64,000 bases of DNA from Macrostomum hystrix (GCA_950097015.1 CATNEN010000001.1:23436001-23500000), one strand, 5' to 3'. Positions 24,244 through 36,795 are shown, numbered from the stretch's first letter. Numbers and translations are program-made. Notes: generated by a model not told the origin, from the letters alone.

Positions 24244-24558
24244 GGAAGACGGAAGGGAAATTAAGGCAAAAACGGAGTGTTGCAGGATATTGTTTTACAT
24301 ACCTAAAACCAGAAATGCACATTTTCAGATGTAAATATGCATCGCAACTATTTTTTAACAGAATAAGAGAAAACGGTTAAATAAGCATTAGCCCGGAATG
24401 TTTTTCGTCAAGCACTGATTTTGTTATTCCAGGCTGTTAGACAATTCCATGTAATTTTACTTTCATATTAGATTTTGAAAGTAACAAATAATAACATTGT
24501 GTTACTTCCATTTGTCAGGCATTAAAGAACCGATGTTAATTTTGTGAAGTTACTTACG

Positions 24559-26752
24559 GACAGTCATGGATTGCAACTACTGATAGACAGTCATGGATTG
24601 CAGCTACTGATATACAGTCATGGATTGCAGCTACTGATAGACAGTCATGGATTGCAGCCACTGATAGGCAGTCATGGATTGCAGCTACTGATAGACGGTC
24701 ATGGATTGCAGCTACTGATAGACAGGCATGGATTGCAGCTACTGATATACAGTCATGGATTGCAGCTACTGATAGACAGGCATGGATTGCAGCTACTGAT
24801 ATACAGTCATGGATTGCAGCTACTGATAGACAGTCATGGATTGCAGCTACTGATAGACAGTCATGGATTGCAGCTACTGATATACAGTCATGGATTGCAG
24901 CTACTGATAGACAGTCATGGATTGCAGCTACTGATAGACAGTCATGGATTGCAGCTACTGATAGACAGTCATGGATTGCAGCTACTGATAGACAGGCATG
25001 GATTGCAGCTACTGATAGACAGTCATGGATTGCAACTACTGATAGACAGTCATGGATTGCAGCTACTGATAGACAGTCATGGATTGCAGCTACTGATAGA
25101 CAGGCATGGATTGCAGCTACTGATAGACAGGCATGGATTGCAGCTACTGATAGACAGTCATGGATTGCAGCTACTGATAGACAGTCATGGATTGCAGCTA
25201 CTGATAGACAGTCATGGATTGCAGCTACTGATAGACAGTCATGGATTGCAGCTACTGATAGACAGTCATGGATTGCAACTACTGATAGACAGTCATGGAT
25301 TGCAGCTACTGATAGACAGTCATGGATTGCAGCTACTGATAGACAGTCATGGATTGCAGCTACTGATAGACAGTCATGGATTGCAGCTACTGATAGACAG
25401 TCATGGATTGCGGCTACTGATAGACAGTCATGGATTGCAGCTACTGATAGACAGTCATGGATTGCAGCTACTGTTAGACAGTCATGGATTGCAGCTACTG
25501 ATAGACAGTCATGGATTGCAGCTACTGATAGACAGTCATGGATTGCAGTTACTGATAGACAGTCATGGATTGCAGCTACTGATAGACAGTCATGGATTGC
25601 AGCTACTGATAGACAGTCATGGATTGCAGCTACTGATATACAGTCATGGATTGCAGCTACTGATAGACAGTCATGGATTGCAACTACTGATAGACAGTCA
25701 TGGATTGCAGCTACTGATAGACAGGCATGGATTGCAGCTACTGATATACAGTCATGGATTGCAGCTACTGATAGACAGGCATGGATTGCAGCTACTGATA
25801 GACAGGCATGGATTGCAGCTACTGATAGACAGGCATGGATTGCAGCTACTGATAGACAGTCATGGATTGCAGCTACTGATAGACAGTCATGGATTGCAGC
25901 TACTGATAGACAGTCATGGATTGCAGCTACTGATAGACAGTCATGGATTGCAGCTACTGATAGACAGGCATGGATTGCAACTACTGATAGACAGTCATGG
26001 ATTGCGGCTACTGATAGACAGTCATGGATTGCGGCTACTGATAGACAGTCATGGATTGCAGCTACTGTTAGACAGTCATGGATTGCAGCTACTGATAGAC
26101 AGTCATGGATTGCAGCTACTGATAGACAGTCATGGATTGCAGTTACTGATAGACAGTCATGGATTGCAGCTACTGATAGACAGGCATGGATTGCAGCTAC
26201 TGATATACAGTCATGGATTGCAGCTACTGATAGACAGGCATGGATTGCAACTACTGATAGACAGTCATGGATTGCAGCTACTGATAGACAGGCATGGATT
26301 GCAGCTACTGATATACAGTCATGGATTGCAGCTACTGATAGACAGGCATGGATTGCAGCTACTGATAGACAGGCATGGATTGCAGCTACTGATAGACAGG
26401 CATGGATTGCAGCTACTGATAGACAGTCATGGATTGCAGCTACTGATAGACAGGCATGGATTGCAGCTACTGATAGACAGGCATGGATTGCAGCTACTGA
26501 TATACAGTCATGGATTGCAGCTACTGATAGACAGTCATGGATTGCAGCTACTGATAGACAGTCATGGATTGCAGCTACTGATAGACAGGCATGGATTGCA
26601 GCTACTGATAGACAGGCATGGATTGCAGCTACTGATAGACAGTCATGGATTGCAGCTACTGATAGACAGGCATGGATTGCAGCTACTGATAGACAGTCAT
26701 GGATTGCAACTACTGATAGACAGTCATGGATTGCAGCTACTGATAGACAGTC
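24559..26752. repeat. Minisatellite, 27-bp unit (GACAGTCATGGATTGCAGCTACTGATA) with a 594-bp duplication period
   Basis: About 81 units; source of the spurious 737-aa and 756-aa ORFs. Confidence 0.98.
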
Positions 26753-27207
26753 AGTGAGTCCTGTCAGCTGCAGAACATGCTCTGTGGCAGCTGTTGCAGC
26801 AAAGTACAATGCTGTCAGTTCCACTGTTTTACCACAAATCGATAATTCCTAAGCTAAATCCTCGCTAATCACTAAGCAGAGTTTGACACAAAACTGAATT
26901 GATTGCTAGCCAAGATTAGTTTGCACGAAACTGACAAGCATTCACACCCAGAGTGACTTGTTTTCACACTCAACCTCCAGTTGACCGCTGTTTTAGTGTC
27001 TTGTTGATTCAGTTGATCAGTTGGGCATTAGTCCTCAAGTGTTGTGATCTTTTGTTAATTTTGCTTGAGCACATTTGGATTGTCTTAGATCGACTGTCCG
27101 AACTTTAAGTCATTTCAGTTTGTTTTAACAAGTATTTTTTCTACTTATTGTACTCAATATTTCTGAGAATATTGGTTACATCTGGTTACTGGTTACATCT
27201 CCTCTTC

Positions 27208-27838
27208 TTTGACAGCCTAATATTTGACAGCCTAATATTTGACAGCCTAATCTTTGACACCCTAATATTTGACAGCCTAGTCTTTGACAGCCTAATCTTT
27301 GACAGCCTAATATTTGACACCCTAATCTTTGACAGCCTAATATTTGACACCCTAATCTTTGACAGCCTAATCTTTGACAGCCTAATATTTGACACCCTAA
27401 TCTTTGACAGCCTAATCTTTGACAGCCTAATCTTTGACAGCCTAATCTTTGACAGCCTAATATTTGACAGCCTAATCTTTGACAGCCTAATATTTGACAG
27501 CCCAATCTTTGACAGCCCAATCTTTGACAGCCTAATCTTTGACAGCCTAATATTTGACAGCCTAATATTTGACAGCCTAATCTTTGACAGCCTAATCTTT
27601 GACAGCCTAATCTTTGACAGCCTAATCTTTGACAGCCTAATATTTGACAGCCTAATCTTTGACAGCCTAATCTTTGACAGCCTAATCTTTGACAGCCTAA
27701 TATTTGACAGCCCAATCTTTGACAGCCCAATCTTTGACAGCCTAATCTTTGAAAGCCTAATCTTTGACAGCCTAATCTTTGACAGCCTAATCTTTGACAG
27801 CCTTGTCTTGACAGCCTAATCTTTGATACCCCAATCTT
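27208..27838. repeat. Minisatellite, 15-bp unit (TTTGACAGCCTAAT(C/A))
   Basis: About 41 units. Confidence 0.97.
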
Positions 27839-28393
27839 TCACACCCGGGTCATTCACACACCTTTGCTTAAATAGTACTCGAAATACTCTATATATTTAT
27901 TTTAAACTACGACTTTTTAGACGTGACAAAAGCAGGCAGATAAATCAGAATTCTCTGCTCTGAGCTCATCTCCCTCGTGACGGGACTTGAGGGGATGATT
28001 TTTCTTCCTTTGAGTCGCCGTTTGAGCACAGACAATTCAGGCCGCGCTGGCTGCTCTGCGAAGCTTCCGGCCCGACTCTGAGCACACGCGATTCTCCCAG
28101 CCGAGATTTCATCGCAGCACTGAGCCGTTTTTTTTCTCTGCTCAGCATTCCCATCTTCCTCCGGCTACTCACTTCACTAGGTTCCCCCCCCCAGCTTCTT
28201 TTCTTCTCTATGGCTGGGGCTTGTTCCCAGCAGCAATTGACCCGGGCCTTCCATTGCTGAATAGCGGGACGTCTTCCTTTCTCCTTGGTCTGATCCGCGA
28301 CCAGATTTTATCGTTGAGCAGCTGCTCAAGATGCGGAATGAACTGCTGAACCACTTAGTACAGTACTTTACACTGCAGGAATTGTGACTCAAA

Positions 28394-28484
<91 letters not shown>

Positions 28485-28553
28485 GTCTGTCTATCTATCT
28501 GTCTGTCTGTCTATCTGTCTGTCTGTCTGTCTGTCTCTCTGTCTATCTGTCTA

Positions 28554-28627
<74 letters not shown>

Positions 28628-28718
28628 CTGGGTGTCTCTCTGTCTGTCCTGGGTGTCTGTCTGTCCTGGGTGTCTGTCTACCTGTCTGTCTGGCTAACAG
28701 TCTGTCTGTCAGTCTGTC
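28394..28718. repeat. (TCTG)n microsatellite with TCTGTCCTGGGTG sub-units
   Basis: Directly visible; same compound motif as 50622-51345 in inverted orientation. Confidence 0.95.
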
Positions 28719-29898
28719 ATAAAGTTATCAGCACAAACGGCACCAATCATTTCGGTGGATACAGAAGCATCAATAGTAATTTATTACTGCATCATTATAA
28801 AGTATATTTGTTAGGCGCAGCGGACAGGATTTGAATCTACAGCATGGATTATGTACAGTTGCTGAGCGGTTGCTAAAGCCTCACTAAAACAATAAGCAAT
28901 TTTAATCAAGCAAGCAGTGTTTTAAGTCAACTTGGGCTTGCTTAAACAGTTCGCAAACAAATTAGATACAGGGACTAGCTACTGCAGTGGCTAAGAATGC
29001 ATGTCATTGCATTGATGGCTTCAAACAAATTCGACAATTGTTAATTACGAATAATAATAGACTGATCACAATGCACATTATGTATAACAATAAAGTACAT
29101 TTTCCGTCAAGACAATTATTATTAATTCGATTTCGATTTAAAAAAAACTTCGTGCATTGTACTGTTTCTAAGAAAGCAATTGTGAAGAAAAAAAGCAGCG
29201 ATGACTAAAGCCAATGCTCTTCTGACTGGGCCTTTTAATCCTGGAAGCAGACAACAGAACATGTAGGACTGACTCGCAGCTTTGGACAGGACAACAATGG
29301 AGGCTGTCTAGAAACTCAGAATCATTAAATGTCAAAACTAATCAATCAAATTTGTCAGGTAGGAACAAACGAATGTGCACAATTCCATGAAGTCAGGGTA
29401 GCAAAGACAGAGCATATTTTTCCTATGGGTTCTCAGTCGTGAAACTCTGAATGCAGGAACTGGAAAGACAAAAAAACCCAAAAACCTGTTTCCGCGCAAG
29501 AATGAAAACACAAATGGATTCAGATTTTCGCGACCATTACCATTCTTTTACTCTCCAGATAAAAAAAATACTGCTTTAAATTGAAATTTAATAATATTTT
29601 AGAAGTTAAAGGTTCCGTGGCAAAGTTATGTAGAAGCCTCATTATCTTCCAAAGTCGCTCTGGGCCATAGACAACGAATGTCAGCAATCCGACCCATAGA
29701 GGATCATTGGATTGCGTATAACATATAAAAGAAAGCTTTTTACCATAGACGATTATTCAAAGCGGGCGATTATTCAACAGGCAGGGTATTGTTCGTCCAA
29801 ATTCCACATTCAGAGTCTCAACTAGGGACAGAACTAAGGTTAGAAAGGCCAACATGCCAGGGTGGGATTCTACATTTGAAAGCCGGTGATCGTTTCAC

Positions 29899-30312
29899 TT
29901 AGATCATTGTGCCAGCTGTGGTTGGGTCCGGGCGGACCAGCAGCGTACTGGCATGCTGCTGACCGCGCCTTATCGTTGCGGTGCCGGAGGAGCTGCCGCC
30001 GCCGCTGCCGCCGCTACCGCCAGACGGCGGGGACACGAAGGTGCCTAGAATACCAGCGCCACCTTTCATGTCTTCCACCGACCCGCCGCGGCCCGAGTCG
30101 TCTACGCTGGCATCCTCCGAGTGCCGACGCTCGTGATGATGCGGATGCTGCTGCTGCTGGTGATTAGGCAACGGCGGCGGCAGATGATGGCATCCAAGTC
30201 CCGCAGCTCCGCTGACACTGGCTCCGATAGAGCACGATAACATCGCTGGTGGCGGCTGGAGCAGTGGAGATGGGGGGAATTGTTGCTGGGAGCCTGGCTC
30301 TGAACTCTCCGA
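29899..30312 (-). CDS. Protocadherin terminal (cytoplasmic) exon
   Basis: ctctgttttag|TCG acceptor in phase 0 matches the phase-0 donor at 46318; encodes SESSEPG...DASVDDSGRGGS...ILGTFVS...TAGTMI*; DSGRG resembles the delta-protocadherin CM1 core. Confidence 0.75.
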   Translation of the reverse strand, partial: SESSEPGSQQQFPPSPLLQPPPAMLSCSIGASVSGAAGLGCHHLPPPLPNHQQQQHPHHHERRHSEDASVDDSGRGGSVEDMKGGAGILGTFVSPPSGGSGGSGGGSSSGTATIRRGQQHASTLLVRPDPTTAGTMI

Positions 30313-30319
30313 CTAAAAC

Positions 30320-30570
30320 AGAGAGGAGAGCAGAGCAGAGGAGAGGAGAGGAGAGGAGAGGAGAGGAGAGGAGAGGAGAGAGAAGAGAGGAGAGAGAAGA
30401 GATGTGAGACGTGAGAGGAGAGAGGAGAGAGGGGAGAGAAGAGATGTGAGACGTGAGAGGAGAGAGGAGAGATGAGAGAGAATAGAGGAGAGAGGAGAGA
30501 GAAGAGATGAGAGAGAATAGAGGAGAGAGGAGAGAGAAGAGAGGAGAGAGAAGAGAGGAGAGAGGAGAGA
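30320..30570. repeat. GA-rich simple repeat, (GGAGA)n-like
   Basis: Forms the polypyrimidine tract on the minus strand before the 30312 acceptor. Confidence 0.9.
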
Positions 30571-31150
30571 CGATGTGTGCCAGGGGTTAGCGATATGGGC
30601 GGCACCAGCCGCCTCCTCGCTGCGTCCGTCATGGAGGCCCCCTGCCGCTAAGTCAAGTAAGTCAAGAGGAGAGACGAGAGAGCAAGGGGGGGAGACGTGA
30701 GAAGAGGCAGAGGCATGATTGAACAGCAAGAGATTAGAAGCTAGATAACAATGAGTTCACACAATTGAACCCGTGTACCAGGTCAGTAGATAAAAAGTCA
30801 ATAGTGTTTTCCTTGGTAAAAAAATATAAACGTACGACCTGCAACTTTGATTGACAGGCGGGTTGCTTACCGATTTAGAAACATCAACAATAACCTGGTG
30901 CTTATTCTAGGAAACGGGCTATCAAAGCCCATTGTCCATTGCACTAGTGCTCAAAAAGTGCCTTGAACACTAGCTGCTGCTGCTGCTGCTGCTGCTGCTG
31001 CATTCAACAACCAACAATGCCTCAGCTTAATAATTCTAGCTTGTCGACAAGGCAATAAAATAGTCATCTTCATCTATTTTATGAAGTTTTTATCCTTTTA
31101 TTCTCCAAAGCGTTGGCTTTTTACACACTGACTGCAGTCCCAGGCAAGTC

Positions 31151-31390
31151 CTGACTCCTGAGCACACACTCACACAGGTGTGTACATCTGCCCTGACTTT
31201 CTCATCGTCAGGGGCAGTGCACACTCTCACTGGGCCTTGGAGGTTGGCCCTTAAGGGCGTGAATTGCACGACAAGCCTCCAAGGCCTTCTCTCCGCGGCT
31301 GCGCCGAAAACGAATGCGGCCTCGCCGCGGAATCGAGCTCAGGGACCTTGGTGCGAGAGGCAAAGGCGTTAGACAACTTTGCCACTCACC
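31151..31390 (-). mobile_element. SINE family A, 3'-truncated copy
   Basis: Reverse-complement match to 6961-7215. Confidence 0.8.
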
Positions 31391-31459
31391 CTCTCACATG
31401 TAGCCTGGGCTGTCGCATTTTGGTTAAAGCGTCGAACACACGACTTCAAGAAACCTGAT

Positions 31460-31622
31460 TTTGCATTGCTTCAGTAAAATAGGTATCAGCATTAGCTGGG
31501 GTTAATTGACGGTGGGTGTGGCGTCTCCCCTGTCCATGGACATCAGATGCGCCGCGCAATAGCTGCGGCTGTGTTGTCGACTGCACATCTGACCAGATTG
31601 GGGCAAGTGTCATCTATTATTT
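31460..31622 (+). mobile_element. SINE family B, 5'-truncated copy
   Basis: GCATTGCTTCA...GGTGGGTGTGGCGTC..GTCCATGGAC..CAGATGCGCC.CGCAATAGCTGCGGCTGTG matches 4347-4470. Confidence 0.75.
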
Positions 31623-32167
31623 TTACTATTTACTATTTGGAATTTTAATAGAAGTCCAAAACAATAACCAGCGACCTGAAATCTCTAGCAGCAATAGATT
31701 CTGCCGTAGCAATGCTTTGCAAAGTACCACTTTTACAGCTAGTAAACGGTAAATAGAATTCAACAAGCGATTTTCAGCACACCCGGTTTGGGTATTTTGT
31801 ATCTATTAGTTGCCCTAGTTGCAGAGATTTCCTGATCGCACTGTGTACGAGGGCCGGAATGCAAGACTGCAGCAACAGCTAGTTGCTGAAAGCAACCTGT
31901 GTTAGGGATTAGCACAGGCAATGGGATTGGGAACACACTCAATAGGCTTTTCCTAACAAACAATCATGTCCTCGAGTTTATACAGCAGTCGAACGGGTCT
32001 CGAACATAAATCAGCATGGAAGGTATCTGTCATTCCCGTGTTTGACAATACCAGAATTTCTGCTTTGCATATTTGCCAATTTGGTGTTCGCGAATCTACC
32101 TGTCCGATCTAATTTGGTGGCCCCAAATACAAATTAACAGGTAGGGATTTGATGCGGCTTTAAATAC

Positions 32168-34320
32168 AGGGTGTCCACTTGAAAGATTGGGTGTCCACTT
32201 GAAAGATTGGGTGTCCACTTGAAAGATTGGGTGTCCACTTGAAAGATTGGGTGTCCACTTGAAAGATTGGGTGTCCACTTGAAAGATTGGGTGTCCACTT
32301 GAAAGATTGGGTGTCCACTTGAAAGATTGGGTGTCCACTTGAAAGATTGGGTGTCCACTTGAAAGATTGGGTGTCCACTTGAAAGATTGGGTGTCCACTT
32401 GAAAGATTGGGTGTCCACTTGAAAGATTGGGTGTCCACTTGAAAGATTGGGTGTCCACTTGAAAGATTGGGTGTCCACTTGAAAGATTGGGTGTCCTCTT
32501 GAAACACGGCTGTCTATTATGAAGACAGGGTGTCCGTTATGAAGACAGGGTGTCCGTTATGAAGACAGGGTGTCCGTTATGAAGACAGGGTGTCCGTTAT
32601 GAAGACAGGGTGTCCATTATGAAGACAGGGTGTCCGTTATGAAGACAGGGTGTCCGTTATGAAGACAGGGTGTCCGTTATGAAGACAGGGTGTCCGTTAT
32701 GAAGACAGGGTGTCCGTTATGAAGACAGGGTGTCCGTTATGAAGACAGGGTGTCCGTTATAAAGTCAGTGTCTCTATTTGAAAGACAGGGTGTTTTTTTA
32801 AAAGACAAGCTGTCTGTTTGAAAAAATTTGGTGTCCAATTGGAAGACAGGGTGACTATTAGGAAGGCAGTGTGTCCACTTGAAAGACAGGGTGTCTATTT
32901 GAAAGACAGGGTGTCTATTTGAAAGACAGGGTGTCTATTTGAAAGACAGGGTGTCTATTTGACAGACAGGGTGTCTATTTGACGGACAGGGTGTCTATTT
33001 GACGGACAGGGTGTCTATTTGACAGACAGGGTGTCTATTTGAAAGACAGGGTGTCTATTTGAAAGACAGGGTGTCTATTTGAAAGACAGTGCGTCTATTT
33101 GAAAGACAGGGTGTCTATTTGAAAGACAGGGTGTCTATTTGAAAGACAGGGTGTCCACTTGAAAGACAGGGTGTCTATTTGAAAGACAGGGTGTCTATTT
33201 GAAAGACAGGGTGTCTATTTGACAGACAGGGTGTCTATTTGACGGACAGGGTGTCTATTTGACGGACAGGGTGTCTATTTGACAGACAGGGTGTCTATTT
33301 GAAAGACAGGGTGTCTATTTGAAAGACAGGGTGTCTATTTGAAAGACAGTGTGTCTATTTGAAAGACAGGGTGTCTATTTGAAAGACAGGGTGTCTATTT
33401 GAAAGAAAGTGTGTCTATTTGACAGACAGTGTGTCTATTTGAAAGACAGGGTGTCTATTATGAAGACAGGGTGTCTATTTGAAAGACAGGGTGTCTATTT
33501 GAAAGACAGGGTGTCTATTTGAAAGACAGGGTGTCTATTTGAAAGACAGTGTGTCTATTTGACAGACAGTGTGTCTATTTGAAAGACAGGGTGTCTATTA
33601 TGAAGACAGGGTGTCTATTTGACAGACAGGGTGTCTATTTGACAGACAGTGTGTCTATTTGAAAGACAGTGTGTCTATTTGACAGACAGTGTGTCTATTT
33701 GAAAGACAGTGTGTCTATTTGACAGTGTGTCTATTTGAAAGACAGGGTGTCTATTATGAAGACAGGGTGTCCACTTAAACGACAGGGTGTCTATTTGACA
33801 GACAGGGTGTCTATTTGAAAGACAGGGTGTCTATTTGAAAGACAGGGTGTCTATTTGAAAGACAGTGTGTCTATTTGACAGACAGTGTGTCTATTTGAAA
33901 GACAGGGTGTCTATTATGAAGACAGGGTGTCTATTTGACAGACAGGGTGTCTATTTGACAGACAGTGTGTCTATTTGAAAGATAGTGTGTCTATTTGACA
34001 GACAGTGTGTCTATTTGAAAGACAGTGTGTCTATTTGACAGACAGTGTGTCTATTTGAAAGACAGGGTGTCTATTATGAAGACAGGGTGTCCACTTAAAC
34101 GACAGGGTGTCTATTTGACAGACAGGGTGTCTATTATGAAGACAGGGTGTCCACTTGAAAGACAAGGTGTCTGTTTGAAAGATTAGGTGTCCGTGATAAA
34201 GACAGGGTGTGTACTTAAAAGACAGGGTGCGTGGACCCCGGGATTATAAGCAACGGGGTTATATAGAGGTTGCTTATAATCCCGGGGTCCGGGTCTATTA
34301 GGAAGACAGGGTGTCCACTT
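32168..34320. repeat. Compound 20-bp minisatellite with three related sub-arrays
   Basis: GGTGTCCACTTGAAAGATTG (about 16x), then GGTGTCCGTTATGAAGACAG (about 12x), then GGTGTCTATTTGAAAGACAG variants. Confidence 0.97.
34233..34290. other. Perfect 22-bp inverted repeat with 14-nt spacer inserted in the satellite
   Basis: GGACCCCGGGATTATAAGCAAC (34233-34254) and GTTGCTTATAATCCCGGGGTCC (34269-34290). Confidence 0.95.
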
Positions 34321-36524
34321 TTAACATTTGGCGCTGTGCTAGGCTCGGGGCTGCGACATCAATATTCACAAACTATCTGGCGTAATGTCGCCAAGAACTT
34401 TGCATCCCCCTGGAAAGGAGGGGCGTGAAATAAAAATATAAAAATATAAAAATATAAAAATATAGGCAGAGCGGGGCGTGAAAGCCGCGATTCTTAGAGA
34501 GCTAGTCTATGAGCTCCATTAGGTTAGCCAATTAGAAAATAACCTGTGTTTGTGTTCTTTCTTGGTCTGATCTCCAATCATCGAAGTAAGGATCCAGAAA
34601 AGATCGGAACCGCCAGCCGTGATACTGAGGATCGATAGCCGGGAGCAGTTATAGCCTTCGAGTCATCGAGACTGCCTCACAACCGCTAGACTACACATTT
34701 CTAGGAAGAGAACTCCTAAGAGAGAAGACAAAACTTAAGGAGCTAATCAGAAAGACCTTGTGTTCACTAGATGGACTGTCCCTAGTGCTAAATGCCCCAC
34801 CGTAGTGGTTAGTTACTAAAGGCTATCGAGTCAACGTAAGCATCGTTTCTCTCACTCGAGATCAAGGCCAGATAAGAATAAACATGCTTCAATGCGGGGA
34901 AAGTGGTTGCAGAAAAATCTTATCGCATTTATCGGAAGCGGAACCAGTCAGGCAGAAAAAACACAGCCGAGCTGGCAGGTAACACCTGATGGGAGGAAAT
35001 GGACGTCCGTGCGGCATGCCGGAACTCGCTACGTTCACGGCTGTTACGCAATTAATGATGCCATCCTACTAGGGGAAGAGAGAGCGAATGAGGAAAAGGT
35101 GTACAAAGATTTTCTTTGCGAAATCCCAAGGTAAGTTGCTCTTTTTTTGCTCTAAATCCTATTCTACCCAGTTTTTTATAAGAGGAAAAATATTATAACT
35201 AATGAGAAATGATTCAATAAGTGTGGAAGGCATAAACTAGAAAAACTCTGGGAAAAGTCCGCAGACAAGAAATTTTGGTGTCGCTCGCCGAAAGCTTTAG
35301 AAATGAAAAGTTTTCCTAACAAAGCCTAAGAGTGAACCAATTTGTTAGCACTGACTCTCTTGTAATTTTTTTAACATGGGCTCTGTTCCACCCAATGCAT
35401 GCTCGAAGGCAAACAAGACGCGGTATGGGAAATGGCAGAGTCGGGGGAAATGGGGAAGCGGACTGAGGGGATTTGATGTTTGCCGAGCTTTTTCGCGGCT
35501 GGCCGTGTGTCCTCTGCTGCTTTTTTATTCCTGTGTGACTATAGCCACTTCAGGGTCGGAGCAGTATTGAGTCCTTACTCCTCAACCCAAGCTGATCAGC
35601 CCATGCATCAGTGTGGATATTGCATTGTTCTTCTCCTTGTCATGTAGAGTAGAATGTAACCCCCACTGGTCACATTGTGACGGATGGGCGCAAAAGAAAT
35701 AGAGAAAACAAACCTATAGCATGTTGAGGTTTAGCCAACTTTTTGACAAACTGCTTTCCTTGTTAACCAAACACACTTTGAGAGTGTGTCTAGCAGGCGT
35801 CATTCTATAATTAGCCAGCTGGCTCAACAGTCAATATGCGGCTAACAAAAAAGAATTTCAATGTGTCAAAACTTTCCAGGTGAATTTTTTGCAGGCTTTG
35901 CTGAAGCACCCAACCGTTAGAATTCAAAGGTTCCCGAAATCCCCCGGAACATGGGAAGAGAGGTAAACTGTCGCAGCTTAGACTTTGCATCGATTTTCGG
36001 CCGCTGAGTAGTTGGCAGCTCATTCTAGGAAGAGATGAAGAGACTGTGACCCTTCCCCATAGTGCCAGTAGAAGCCTGTCATTCCACGAATCAATGTTGA
36101 AAATCGCGCGCGAAGTGTGAGAGAGACTGGCCGTGATTTCGTCCCAAGAGGTCCTCCGTCCTTCCTCCCTATTTTCTACTCGACTACCCCGGATTCTGAC
36201 TCGATTCCTGTAGCAGAAAGTTGAGATTAAAATGTCAGTGAAGGGAGGCAGTGCTGTGCGGTACTCTGGTGTGAGGTACGAGTCATGTCCTACTGCTCGA
36301 TGAAAATGACCCGCCTTCGGTTCAAGCTTAGCTCTAGCCAGAATGTTTCCTCTATGGGATTAAAGCCATCTTCAATGCCCTTTTATTATTTATTTTTAGA
36401 GGCCATTGTATGTGTGTATTGTGTGCGCTCACGGAATTGAGGACACGACACCTTAAAATCCACACTCATCCATAGCCTCCATACTCCGACCTTTTTGTCA
36501 GAAGCTATTATAATAACAATATTA

Positions 36525-36795
36525 ATCATTGATTACACCTGCCCCAATTGGGCCAGATGTGAAGCCGAAAGGCTGCGTACGGCTGTTCAGTCCATGGACT
36601 GGTGGGATGTCACACCTACCATCAATTAGCCCTAGCTGATGCTGGTACGTATTCAATAGTTGGAGCTGTTAACGCAATTGACCCTTGAAGCAATGCAGAG
36701 TTAAGTGTCTTGCTAAAGGACACAGTTTTTTCTAAGAAGAGTCGAGTGACAAACCCCTACCTTCAAGTTGTGAGTCCGACGCTCCTACCACTAGT
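36525..36795 (-). mobile_element. tRNA-derived CORE-type SINE family B, most complete copy
   Basis: Minus strand: tRNA-like head TAGTGGTAGGAGCGTCGGACTCACAACTTGAAGGT, then CORE-like TGTGTCCTTTAGCAAGACACTTAACTCTGCATTGCTTCA, then the shared 3' body. Confidence 0.75.

Noticed and set aside
24544-26824. 737-aa and 756-aa ORFs on both strands
   Set aside because: 27-bp satellite lacking stops in those frames; no unique coding flanks
34329-34345. LTR primer-binding site TGGCGCTGTG after ...AACA
   Set aside because: Preceded by satellite rather than an LTR, and no gag/pol downstream
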